Source: Bacteroidia bacterium (GTDB lineage Bacteria > Bacteroidota > Bacteroidia > NS11-12g > UBA9320). Taken from it: DNA of 64,000 nucleotides. Positions 29,259 through 38,077 of the stretch are shown one piece after another. How positions within the stretch are numbered: the first letter of the stretch is position 1; every line of letters begins with the position of its first letter. Below the pieces are notes generated by a model that was not told the origin of the DNA, did not search any database, and saw nothing but the letters and a program-made list of their open reading frames with translations. Both the position numbers and the translations under genes were made by a program. The stretch is taken from the NCBI GenBank assembly GCA_965216465.1, contig CBDCFW010000006.1, forward strand, positions 853,244 through 917,243. Reading direction: 5' to 3'.

Positions 29259-31451
29259 TTAATTTGCAACATCACTCATGAATTGAATTTGAAAAACTTT
29301 CATTTCCTCATGAGAGAACTCGCCTCCAAACTCATTTACAGCCTCATCTATGTTGTTTGTTTCGGTAGATTTAAAGTAATCAAAAATCTCATCTCTACCT
29401 TCTTCGTCAATTATATCGTCTATGTAATAATGAAGATCTACTTGAGTTCCGGAGTATACAATTGCTTCGAGTTCGTCGACCAATTCATCGTATTCCATTC
29501 CTTGTCCTTTAGCAATATCTTCTAGGGGTACTTTCTTGTCAATGTTCTGAATGATATGAATTTTTTTCGCACTTCTGTTCACTATCGACTTAAGTACGAG
29601 ATCATCTGGACGTTCGATGTTGTTTTCTTCAACATATTGCCCTATCAATTCAACAAATGGCTTGCCGAACTTTTTAGCTTTATTTTTTCCAACACCCTGA
29701 ATGTTTTCCATTTCTGCAATAGTCATTGGAAACTTAAAAGCCATATCCTCTAATGAAGGTTCCTGGAAAATTACATAGGGTGGAAGTCCCATGCTTTTGG
29801 CTACCGTTTTTTGGAGCTCTTTTAGCTTACCAAATAACACTTTATCGTACACAGCTTCAAGCTGAATTTTTTCAAAATCTTCATCGCTAACTGCATCAAA
29901 TTCTCGGTCTTGAGCCAATTCTACTGGAGTGGGTTGAGCAAGGTATGCACGACCTTCATCACTGATTGATAGTAAGCCATATTGTTCAATGTTTTTAATG
30001 ATGAGGTTATTTACTTGGGCGAATCGAATAAGCGTTTTCCAAAAATTTGGTCCTTGATCTTTGCCTCGTCCATACAACTCATAGGTGTCGTGCTTATATG
30101 CTTTTACTTCAGGGGAAGATTTGCCGACGAGAATATCGACGACATGTTTAATATTCACCTTGCCGTCGGTAAATTGAATGGTTTTCAATGCATCAACCAA
30201 CTCGCTTGTTACATCTTGCTTTTCTCGAGGGTTACGACAATTGTCACACATCTTGTTGCAGTCGTCGGCATCAAAATTCTCCCCAAAATAATGTAAGAGT
30301 GATTTTCTTCTGCACTGTGAAGATTCTGCGAAGTAGGCCATTTCGGAAATTAACTGGGTGCCAATCTCACGTTCAGCTACCGGCTTATCTTTCAAGAATT
30401 TTTCAAGCTTTTCAGTGTCTTTAGGATTGTAAAATAACAAGCAATCGCCGTCTAAACCGTCTCTACCTGATCTTCCTGTTTCTTGGTAGTAGCCTTCTAA
30501 CGATTTGGGAACGTCATAATGCACCACAAAACGAACATCAGGCTTGTCGATTCCCATTCCGAATGCAATCGTTGCACAGATAACGTCAACATCTTCCATT
30601 AAGAACTTATCTTGATTTTGTGCTCGCGTTTTGGCGTCTAAACCTGCATGATAAGGAAGAGCATTTACGCCGTTAGCTATTAATATATCTGCAACTTCTT
30701 CAGTCTTTTTTCTACTTAAACAGTAAACGATTCCGCTTTTGCCTTTTCGTTTATTGATAAAAGAAATAAGGTCTTTCATGGTTTGAGCCTTACTTCCTTT
30801 GGGCATTACTTCGTAATAGAGGTTTGTTCTGTTAAACGACGATTTGAAAACTTGAGCATCAACCATATTCAAGCTCTTTTGAATGTCGAGTTGAACTTTA
30901 GGTGTAGCCGTAGCCGTTAGAGCTACCATTGGAACGTCGTCAATTTCTTTAACAATCTGTTTGATTCGGCGATATTCTGGACGAAAATCATGTCCCCACT
31001 CAGAAATGCAGTGTGCCTCATCTACTGCCACAAAGCTCACACGAACAGATCGAAGAAATTCAATAGTTTCATCCTTCTTTAACGTTTCGGGAGCTACATA
31101 AAGCATTTTGGTATTACCTTGAGCAACATCAGATTTAACTTTTTCTGATTGCGATTTGGTAAGTGAAGAATTGAGAAAATGAGCAATTGAATCACTTTCT
31201 CCAAACCCTCTAATAGAGTCCACTTGGTTTTTCATTAAAGCAATCAAAGGAGAAATGATTATTGCTGTACCATCGCTAATTAAAGCAGGTAACTGATAAC
31301 ACAGTGATTTACCAGCTCCGGTAGGCATAATCACAAAACAATCTTTCCCTTCTATTATGGTTCTAATAACCTCCTCTTGCATCCCTTTAAAGGAATCAAA
31401 CCCAAAAAATTCCTTTAAACTAGCTTTTAAATCTAATGCGTCAGTCGCCAT
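29259..31451 (-). CDS. recQ: ATP-dependent DNA helicase RecQ (helicase + RQC + HRDC)
   Basis: FGFDSFKGMQEEVI..., PTGAGKSLCYQLPAL, the DEAH box VAVDEAHCISEWGHDFRP and a zinc-binding CxxC...C cluster. Confidence 0.9.
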   Translation of the reverse strand: MATDALDLKASLKEFFGFDSFKGMQEEVIRTIIEGKDCFVIMPTGAGKSLCYQLPALISDGTAIIISPLIALMKNQVDSIRGFGESDSIAHFLNSSLTKSQSEKVKSDVAQGNTKMLYVAPETLKKDETIEFLRSVRVSFVAVDEAHCISEWGHDFRPEYRRIKQIVKEIDDVPMVALTATATPKVQLDIQKSLNMVDAQVFKSSFNRTNLYYEVMPKGSKAQTMKDLISFINKRKGKSGIVYCLSRKKTEEVADILIANGVNALPYHAGLDAKTRAQNQDKFLMEDVDVICATIAFGMGIDKPDVRFVVHYDVPKSLEGYYQETGRSGRDGLDGDCLLFYNPKDTEKLEKFLKDKPVAEREIGTQLISEMAYFAESSQCRRKSLLHYFGENFDADDCNKMCDNCRNPREKQDVTSELVDALKTIQFTDGKVNIKHVVDILVGKSSPEVKAYKHDTYELYGRGKDQGPNFWKTLIRFAQVNNLIIKNIEQYGLLSISDEGRAYLAQPTPVELAQDREFDAVSDEDFEKIQLEAVYDKVLFGKLKELQKTVAKSMGLPPYVIFQEPSLEDMAFKFPMTIAEMENIQGVGKNKAKKFGKPFVELIGQYVEENNIERPDDLVLKSIVNRSAKKIHIIQNIDKKVPLEDIAKGQGMEYDELVDELEAIVYSGTQVDLHYYIDDIIDEEGRDEIFDYFKSTETNNIDEAVNEFGGEFSHEEMKVFQIQFMSDVAN

Positions 31452-31533
31452 TTATCTGCCTCTCTAAATATTTTTAATAATTGCAGGTCTAATATACTAC
31501 TTCTTTCCTGATATGCTAAAATAATTTTTTAAT

Positions 31534-32514
31534 TTGCAGTCGATTATCTTGCTTACCGAAAAAGAAATACTTCAGATTGCTTCAGACACCATTCAACTTG
31601 AAAGCAAAAGCCTATCAGAACTGTGCAACAAATTGACCTCGAGCTTTGTTCAGGTCGTTAATTTAATTGACAAATCAAACGGTCGTGTTGTAGTTACTGG
31701 AATAGGAAAAAGTGCAATTGTGGGCCAAAAAATTGTGGCAACATTAAACAGCACTGGAACACCAGCTTTGTTCATGCACGCAGCAGATGCAATTCATGGT
31801 GATTTAGGCATGATTCAAAAAGACGATGTAGTTATTTGCATCTCAAAAAGTGGTGAAAGTCCTGAAATAAAAGCACTAGTACCATTATTAAAATCAGGAG
31901 GCAATAAGCTTGTTGGGATGGTAGGAAATCTAAATTCCTATTTAAGTACCAACAGCGATTATGTGTTAGATACAACTGTCGATAAAGAAGCTTGCCCTAA
32001 CAATCTTGCTCCGACCACAAGTACCACTGCTCAAATGGCTATGGGAGATGCCTTGGCAGTAGTGCTTATCAGCTCTAAAAATTTTAAATCTGAAGATTTT
32101 GCACGTTATCATCCAGGAGGTGCATTAGGTAAAAAACTGTACTTAAAACTGGCTGATTTAGCTCGAGAAAATAGCAAACCAAGCGTTTCACTTACAGCTG
32201 AACTCTCTGATTGCATTTTAGCTATTAGCAAGTCGCGACTAGGTGTAACCGTTGTAGAAGATCAAAATGAAGTCGTTGGTATTATTACCGATGGTGATTT
32301 AAGAAGAATGCTTACCAATCAGAAAGATTGGGGCAATCTTGTAGCAAAAGACATTATGACCAAAAATCCAAAAACGTTGTCAGAAAATACGATGGCAGTC
32401 GATGGAGTGTCATTTATTAAAGAACATAAGATTAATCATATCATATTAACAGATGAAGGTGCGTTAAAAGGCATTGTTCACATTCAAGATTTGATTAGAG
32501 AGGGACTTATATGA
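31534..32514 (+). CDS. kpsF: KpsF/GutQ-family arabinose-5-phosphate isomerase (SIS + tandem CBS)
   Basis: VVVTGIGKSAIVGQKIVATLNSTGTPALFMHAAD is the SIS domain, followed by CBS pairs. The track start is a TTG, so the exact start is uncertain. Confidence 0.8.
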   Translation: MQSIILLTEKEILQIASDTIQLESKSLSELCNKLTSSFVQVVNLIDKSNGRVVVTGIGKSAIVGQKIVATLNSTGTPALFMHAADAIHGDLGMIQKDDVVICISKSGESPEIKALVPLLKSGGNKLVGMVGNLNSYLSTNSDYVLDTTVDKEACPNNLAPTTSTTAQMAMGDALAVVLISSKNFKSEDFARYHPGGALGKKLYLKLADLARENSKPSVSLTAELSDCILAISKSRLGVTVVEDQNEVVGIITDGDLRRMLTNQKDWGNLVAKDIMTKNPKTLSENTMAVDGVSFIKEHKINHIILTDEGALKGIVHIQDLIREGLI

Positions 32515-33596
32515 AGAAAATGAAGCATACGTACGTACTGATTCTAGCGGGTGGAATTGGAAGCCGGTTTTGGCCTATTAGCCGAGAAAAAAAACCAAAA
32601 CAATTTCTCGATATTCTGGGTACAGGACGAACACTAATTCAAGAAGCATTTACCCGATATAGCAAGCTGGCTGACAAGGAAAATATTTATGTAATTACTA
32701 ATGAACGCTATGTTTCACTAGTGGCGGAGCAACTTCCAGAACTTGCAAAAGATCAAATACTGGGAGAGCCTTATGGGAAAAATACAGCGGCTTGCGTAGC
32801 CTACGCAGCTCATAAAATATCTGAACTATCCGATGAAGGAATTTTAATTGTTGCACCAAGTGACCATTTAATATTGGATGAAACCACCTTCATCAATCAA
32901 ATGCACAGGGCTCAAAACTTTGCAAAAGAGAATGATGCCCTAATTACCTTAGGTATTAAACCGCATCGCCCTGACACTGGCTACGGTTACATTCAGTTTA
33001 AAGAGAAGGAGATTAAAGATGGGGTTAATAAGGTAGTTACCTTTACAGAAAAACCACCTTTAGACCTCGCAAAGAAGTTTTTGGAAAGCGGTGACTTCCT
33101 GTGGAACTCAGGAATGTTTATTTGGAGCATTTCAAGTATTATGAAAGCCTTAAATGAGCACTTGCCCGAAATGAGCTTGGTTTTTGCAGAAGGCAAAGGA
33201 GCATACAACACTTCAATAGAAGCCCAACACGTAGAGCGAATCTACAGCCAAATAAATAGCATCTCAATAGATAATGGGGTTCTTGAAAAGGCAGAAAACG
33301 TGTATGTACTCCCATCTGACTTTGGTTGGAGTGATTTAGGAACTTGGAAAAGCGTTAATGAACAAATAGAACCCAAAGAAAATAACTCATCACTAAATGC
33401 AATCTTGCATGCAACCAATGCTAAGGATAATTTGGTGGTAACTCAGCAAGAGAAATTAGTTGTACTTAAAGATTTAGATGGCTACTTTGTAATTGACACA
33501 GACGATGCTTTACTTATTTGTAAATCTGATCAAGAGCAAGAAATAAAGAAAATAGCGTCTGAGATTAAGAAAAAGTACAACAAACGCTTTGGTTAA
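32511..33596 (+). CDS. Mannose-1-phosphate guanylyltransferase (GDP-mannose pyrophosphorylase)
   Basis: VLILAGGIGSRFWPISREKKPKQF nucleotidyltransferase N-terminus. It overlaps the kpsF stop by 4 nt. Confidence 0.8.
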   Translation: MKKMKHTYVLILAGGIGSRFWPISREKKPKQFLDILGTGRTLIQEAFTRYSKLADKENIYVITNERYVSLVAEQLPELAKDQILGEPYGKNTAACVAYAAHKISELSDEGILIVAPSDHLILDETTFINQMHRAQNFAKENDALITLGIKPHRPDTGYGYIQFKEKEIKDGVNKVVTFTEKPPLDLAKKFLESGDFLWNSGMFIWSISSIMKALNEHLPEMSLVFAEGKGAYNTSIEAQHVERIYSQINSISIDNGVLEKAENVYVLPSDFGWSDLGTWKSVNEQIEPKENNSSLNAILHATNAKDNLVVTQQEKLVVLKDLDGYFVIDTDDALLICKSDQEQEIKKIASEIKKKYNKRFG

Positions 33597-34752
33597 AAAA
33601 TCGAGATTAGCATACTTATGGGTTTTTCTTCTTGCACTCTTTTCGTTTAAAGAGTCAAATCTGAATATTGATTCTGATCAGAATCAATTGATCAACCATG
33701 AAATCTTGAACTCTTTTTACAATCAACTTGATTCGTTAGTTGAACACGCTGATCGTAAAGTTTCTATAGTTCATATTGGAGATTCGCACATTCAAGCAGA
33801 TTATCTAACAGGTACAGCAAGAAAGAACTTCCAACAGCATTTTGGAAATGGGGGCCGTGGATTTGTGTTTCCATATCGAATTGCTCGTAGTGGAGGAGCC
33901 ATAGATGTTAAATTTAGCCATACGGGATCTTGGGAATACTGTGAGGTCATGCGGAAGTATGCCTATTGCGATTTAGGAGTCTCTGGTTATGCTGTTTCTC
34001 CAATTGATAATTGCTCTGTGCACATAGATGTAATTTCTAAGGCAGTTTCGAATGCTTCATTCAATAAGATAACGGTTTTGGATAATGAAGACATTTATGT
34101 TCCAACAGCTGCAAATGGATCATATCAGATCGATACAACTGGTGAAAGTACAGTGATTGTATTCGATAAATTTCAAGATACTATAGACTTGGCTCCTTTA
34201 CAATCGAACCAGCACGCACAACTAGAAGGGTTAATATTGGAGAATGGGCAACCAGGAGTGCTTTATCACGCTATGGGTGTTAATGGATCGAGCACATTGC
34301 AATATTTACGGAGCAAAACATTTGAGCATGACATAGCTGAGTTAAATGCCAATCTGGTTATTATCTCATTCGGAACGAATGATTGCTACCTGCCGAGATC
34401 TCGATTTTGTCAACATTGCATCAAAGACCGGTACAAGACCATGATTTCTCGAATCAGGTCTCAGAATCCCAATGTTGCAATTTTAATCACTACTCCCCCT
34501 GATCATTATTACTACCGACGATATCCGAATAAGAATATTAAACTTTTAAGAGATGCCTTAGTAGAAATGGCAAATGAAGAAAATGTTGCGGTTTGGGACC
34601 TTTATGGGGTAATGGGAGGAGAGAACTCAATTCGCAGTTGGTACAACGAAAGTTTGGCAAGAAGAGACCTCATTCATTTCACCAAAGAGGGATATTACAA
34701 GCAAGGGGATTTATTGTTTGAAGCTATAATGCACCATTATCAAGAACGCTAA
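33589..34752 (+). CDS. SGNH/GDSL-family hydrolase, probable O-acyltransferase partner of the downstream MBOAT
   Basis: Signal peptide. VHIGDSHIQAD is block I and FGTNDC is block III. The stop overlaps the MBOAT start. Confidence 0.65.
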   Translation: MVKKSRLAYLWVFLLALFSFKESNLNIDSDQNQLINHEILNSFYNQLDSLVEHADRKVSIVHIGDSHIQADYLTGTARKNFQQHFGNGGRGFVFPYRIARSGGAIDVKFSHTGSWEYCEVMRKYAYCDLGVSGYAVSPIDNCSVHIDVISKAVSNASFNKITVLDNEDIYVPTAANGSYQIDTTGESTVIVFDKFQDTIDLAPLQSNQHAQLEGLILENGQPGVLYHAMGVNGSSTLQYLRSKTFEHDIAELNANLVIISFGTNDCYLPRSRFCQHCIKDRYKTMISRIRSQNPNVAILITTPPDHYYYRRYPNKNIKLLRDALVEMANEENVAVWDLYGVMGGENSIRSWYNESLARRDLIHFTKEGYYKQGDLLFEAIMHHYQER

Positions 34753-36260
34753 TGTTGAGTTTAGATCAAATATTCAACTATTCTGAAAAGCACCCGTTGC
34801 TGTTCAACCAATACCTCTTCCTTTTGCTATTTACAGTAATGTTCGCAGGCTATACTCTGGTTCATAAAAGGGTAAGGCTACGTAACTTCTATTTGCTCAT
34901 TTTTAGCTTATTCTTTTACTATAAAAGCAGCGGCTTATACTTCTTCCTGTTGCTGTTCAGTACTGTTGTTGATTATGGATGTGGATATGGCATATTCTTA
35001 TCAAAAAATCAGCTTGGTAAGCGGTTATATTTATTGCTCAGTGTGTTTGTAAACCTAGGAATGCTTGCCTTCTTTAAGTATTCTTACTTTTTCGTGGATA
35101 TTATAAACTCCTCGTTCGATACAAGCTTTAAAGCCGTAAATTTCTTGGCGGTTTTTGCTAATGAATCACTCGGTGCTAGCTTCAATATAAATGAGATATT
35201 TTTACCCGTTGGTATATCGTTCTACACGTTTCAAACCCTAAGCTACAGCATTGATATTTATCGCGAGAAGATTAAACCGTGTGGCAACATATTTGACTTT
35301 GCCTTCTTCGTTTCTTTCTTTCCGCAACTTGTGGCAGGGCCAATTGTAAGAGCTTCCGAATTTTTACCCCAAATCAAAAGGCCCTATTACTTAAGTAAGA
35401 GTGGTTTTGGAATCGCTGTCTTTCTCATAATGACAGGTTTAATCAAGAAGGTTGTAATTAGTGATTACATCAGTGTAAATTTTGTTGATCGTGTATTTGA
35501 TACTCCAGATTTATATAGTGGATTCATGAATCTGATGGCGGTGTATGGATACTCTATACAAATCTATTGTGACTTTTCAGGCTATTCTGATATGGCCATC
35601 GGACTGGCTGCATTACTAGGCTTTAAATTGCCCATAAACTTTAACAGTCCGTACAAAGCCAGAAACATTACAGACTTTTGGAGAAGATGGCACATTTCAC
35701 TGTCTACATGGCTGCGAGATTATCTTTACATTTCGTTAGGAGGAAATCGAAAAGGAAAGATTAGAACATATTTTAACTTGTTCATTACCATGTTGCTGGG
35801 AGGACTTTGGCACGGGGCTGCCCTGAAGTTTATTATATGGGGCGGATTGCACGGTGTAGCATTGGCCATTCACAAACTTTGGATGCGTTTCTCAAACTTT
35901 TCGTTGGGTCGACCTGGCAGGGTTCTGAGCGTGATTTTTACATTCCATTTTGTGGCTTTTTGTTGGCTTTATTTTAGAGCCTCAGATGTTCCTACCGTTA
36001 AAGCTATGTTGAACAACATATTTTTTGATTTTGATTGGTTCGGGGTAACAGAGCGCGTAGTGGCCTACTGGAAAGTATTTGCTTTAATTGTACTAGGATT
36101 TGTTCTTCACCTCTTGCCTAACAATTTGAAAAACAGAGTTCAATGGTGGTTTACAGAGTCGCCAATGTATGTTAAGGTAATGGTGTTTGTTATTGTTGTG
36201 TTTGCAACATTTCAAGCAACTGTTGCTGGCATACAACCATTTATTTACTTCCAGTTTTAA
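34752..36260 (+). CDS. MBOAT-family membrane-bound O-acyltransferase (AlgI/DltB/PatA-like)
   Basis: Multi-TM protein with FWRRWHISLSTWLRDYLYISLGG, which contains the conserved MBOAT His. Confidence 0.85.
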   Translation: MLSLDQIFNYSEKHPLLFNQYLFLLLFTVMFAGYTLVHKRVRLRNFYLLIFSLFFYYKSSGLYFFLLLFSTVVDYGCGYGIFLSKNQLGKRLYLLLSVFVNLGMLAFFKYSYFFVDIINSSFDTSFKAVNFLAVFANESLGASFNINEIFLPVGISFYTFQTLSYSIDIYREKIKPCGNIFDFAFFVSFFPQLVAGPIVRASEFLPQIKRPYYLSKSGFGIAVFLIMTGLIKKVVISDYISVNFVDRVFDTPDLYSGFMNLMAVYGYSIQIYCDFSGYSDMAIGLAALLGFKLPINFNSPYKARNITDFWRRWHISLSTWLRDYLYISLGGNRKGKIRTYFNLFITMLLGGLWHGAALKFIIWGGLHGVALAIHKLWMRFSNFSLGRPGRVLSVIFTFHFVAFCWLYFRASDVPTVKAMLNNIFFDFDWFGVTERVVAYWKVFALIVLGFVLHLLPNNLKNRVQWWFTESPMYVKVMVFVIVVFATFQATVAGIQPFIYFQF

Positions 36261-36573
36261 GCTTTTTCCTGAGCCATACTTTCTGAAAAACGCGATTCCA
36301 ACAAAGCTTCGATAAGTCTTCAAAATAGTTTGCAGTAGTACCTAGTTTCGACTCGTCAATATCGATGCGATAAATCAGGTTTGTTAGAAGCCCCATTTGA
36401 TCAATGTTTTGCAATTCTCGTTTTAGTTCAGCAATTAATCCTAGAGCACTGTTTGATTGAAAGTCGTAAGATGTTCCTGCCATTAGAATGTCTTTTTGCA
36501 TTTGGTCAACCACATCTTGTAAATCTAAGGGATTGATGGATTGAAATTCTATGTCGTTATTTGTCTCAAGCAA
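36241..36573 (-). CDS. Hypothetical 110-aa protein
   Basis: Protein-like composition with no family match. It is convergent with, and overlaps, the MBOAT 3' end. Confidence 0.3.
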   Translation of the reverse strand: MLETNNDIEFQSINPLDLQDVVDQMQKDILMAGTSYDFQSNSALGLIAELKRELQNIDQMGLLTNLIYRIDIDESKLGTTANYFEDLSKLCWNRVFQKVWLRKKLKTGSK

Positions 36574-36579
36574 AACGTT

Positions 36580-37161
36580 ATGGTAAAAGTAGTGTATAGC
36601 CCAAATGATGGCAAGAAAAGATGCGAATGGTGTTTAAAAGATGACCTCTATGTTCGGTACCACGATGAAGAATGGGGTGAAGTGTCTCATAACGATCATC
36701 ATCTTTTCGAACACCTCATTCTAGAAACCTTTCAAGCAGGGTTGAGCTGGTATACTATTCTTAAGAAAAGAGAAAACTTTAGAGCAGCTTTTGATCAATT
36801 TGATGCTCAAAAAATGGCAGCCTACGGAGAAGACAAGATTCAAGAGCTACTCCAAAATGCAGGAATCATTCGAAGTAGGGCTAAAATTGAAGCAGCCATA
36901 AACAATGCAAAGGTTTACCTACAACTACAAGAAGAATTTGGAAGTTTCGACAAGTACATCTGGCAATTCACAAATTATAAAACCTTAAAATTTACCATAA
37001 AATCATGGGCCGATGTACGCACCACTACCCCCGAAAGCCATGCTATGAGCAAAGACATGAAGAAAAGGGGATTCAAATTTGTTGGAAGCACAACTTGCAT
37101 GGCCTATATGGAGGCTGTTGGTATGGTTAGTGACCATTTTCACGACTGCTGGAAAGCTTAA
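36580..37161 (+). CDS. tag: DNA-3-methyladenine glycosylase I
   Basis: KRCEWCLKDDLYVRYHDEEWG...FEHLILETFQAGLSWYTILKKRENFRAAFDQFD aligns with E. coli Tag. Start is taken at MVKVVYS. Confidence 0.85.
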   Translation: MVKVVYSPNDGKKRCEWCLKDDLYVRYHDEEWGEVSHNDHHLFEHLILETFQAGLSWYTILKKRENFRAAFDQFDAQKMAAYGEDKIQELLQNAGIIRSRAKIEAAINNAKVYLQLQEEFGSFDKYIWQFTNYKTLKFTIKSWADVRTTTPESHAMSKDMKKRGFKFVGSTTCMAYMEAVGMVSDHFHDCWKA

Positions 37162-37220
37162 AATCAGAAATCTTTATTCTCGGCATTTACCTTTTTTGGA
37201 CATGAGGTATTGACTAGTAA

Positions 37221-38066
37221 GTGAACAAAAACTTAGTGTCAAATTTTTCAACAGAACTAAATGATCCGAGGTATTTCCAGATATTTTACCTCGGGTCGTT
37301 TTTATGCTATGGAATTCTCTTTCTTGATTGGAGTCTAGCCATAACTAACTATGCTACTATTTTTTTGGCCGCTACAGCTACGCAGCTCTTTTTCGCTCAT
37401 TTCACCACGAAAAAATATTCGTCTATTAAAAGTGGATTGATAACCGCATTGGGTCTATGCCTTTTACTAAAAATGCAAAGCCCTTGGGTCGGAGGATTAG
37501 CCGCGGTTATTGCCATAGCAAGCAAGTTTCTAATTAGAAAGAAAAACAAACATATTTTCAATCCAGCTAACATTGGCATTGTTGCTGCTATTGTGCTTAC
37601 AGGACAAGCCTGGGTTAGCCCAGGGCAATGGGGTAGCAATGTTGTATTGTGGTTTTTTATTGGTTCGGCTGGATTGATGATGATCTTAAAAGTTGGGAGA
37701 TTGGATACTGCTATTTCGTTTCTCCTAACTTTTGGGACATTACTCTTCTTACGTCAAGTAGTTTATTTGGGATGGGAACCTTCTGTTTGGCTTCATAAAA
37801 TGAGCAACGGAACATTGCTTTTGTTCGCATTTTTTATGATTACAGACCCCATGACAACACCAAATCACCCTAAAGCTCGAATCATTTGGGCAAGTATAAT
37901 CGGTATTGCACTTTTCATTGTCTCGAACTTTTTGTATATGCAAAGTGCTGCAATCTGGATTCTCTTCATTATTAGTCCTTTTACAGTCTTATTCGACCGA
38001 ATTTTTAAAGGGGTGAAATATGAATGGACTCAAAATCAATCGAAGCAAAGTTTACCCTCAAATTAA
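37221..38066 (+). CDS. NqrB/RnfD-family-like polytopic membrane protein (short form, no flavinylation motif)
   Basis: HIFNPANIGIVAAIVL and FFMITDPMTTP resemble the NqrB segments RNFLNPALAGRAF and FFMATDPVSAS. No S/TGAT FMN-attachment motif is present. Confidence 0.4.
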   Translation: MNKNLVSNFSTELNDPRYFQIFYLGSFLCYGILFLDWSLAITNYATIFLAATATQLFFAHFTTKKYSSIKSGLITALGLCLLLKMQSPWVGGLAAVIAIASKFLIRKKNKHIFNPANIGIVAAIVLTGQAWVSPGQWGSNVVLWFFIGSAGLMMILKVGRLDTAISFLLTFGTLLFLRQVVYLGWEPSVWLHKMSNGTLLLFAFFMITDPMTTPNHPKARIIWASIIGIALFIVSNFLYMQSAAIWILFIISPFTVLFDRIFKGVKYEWTQNQSKQSLPSN

Positions 38067-38077
38067 AAAATAGTATT

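Noticed and set aside
29232-30424. Plus-strand ORFs (65 to 104 aa) inside recQ
   Set aside because: They are embedded in the conserved RecQ coding region on the opposite strand and have low-complexity, Phe/Ile-rich composition.
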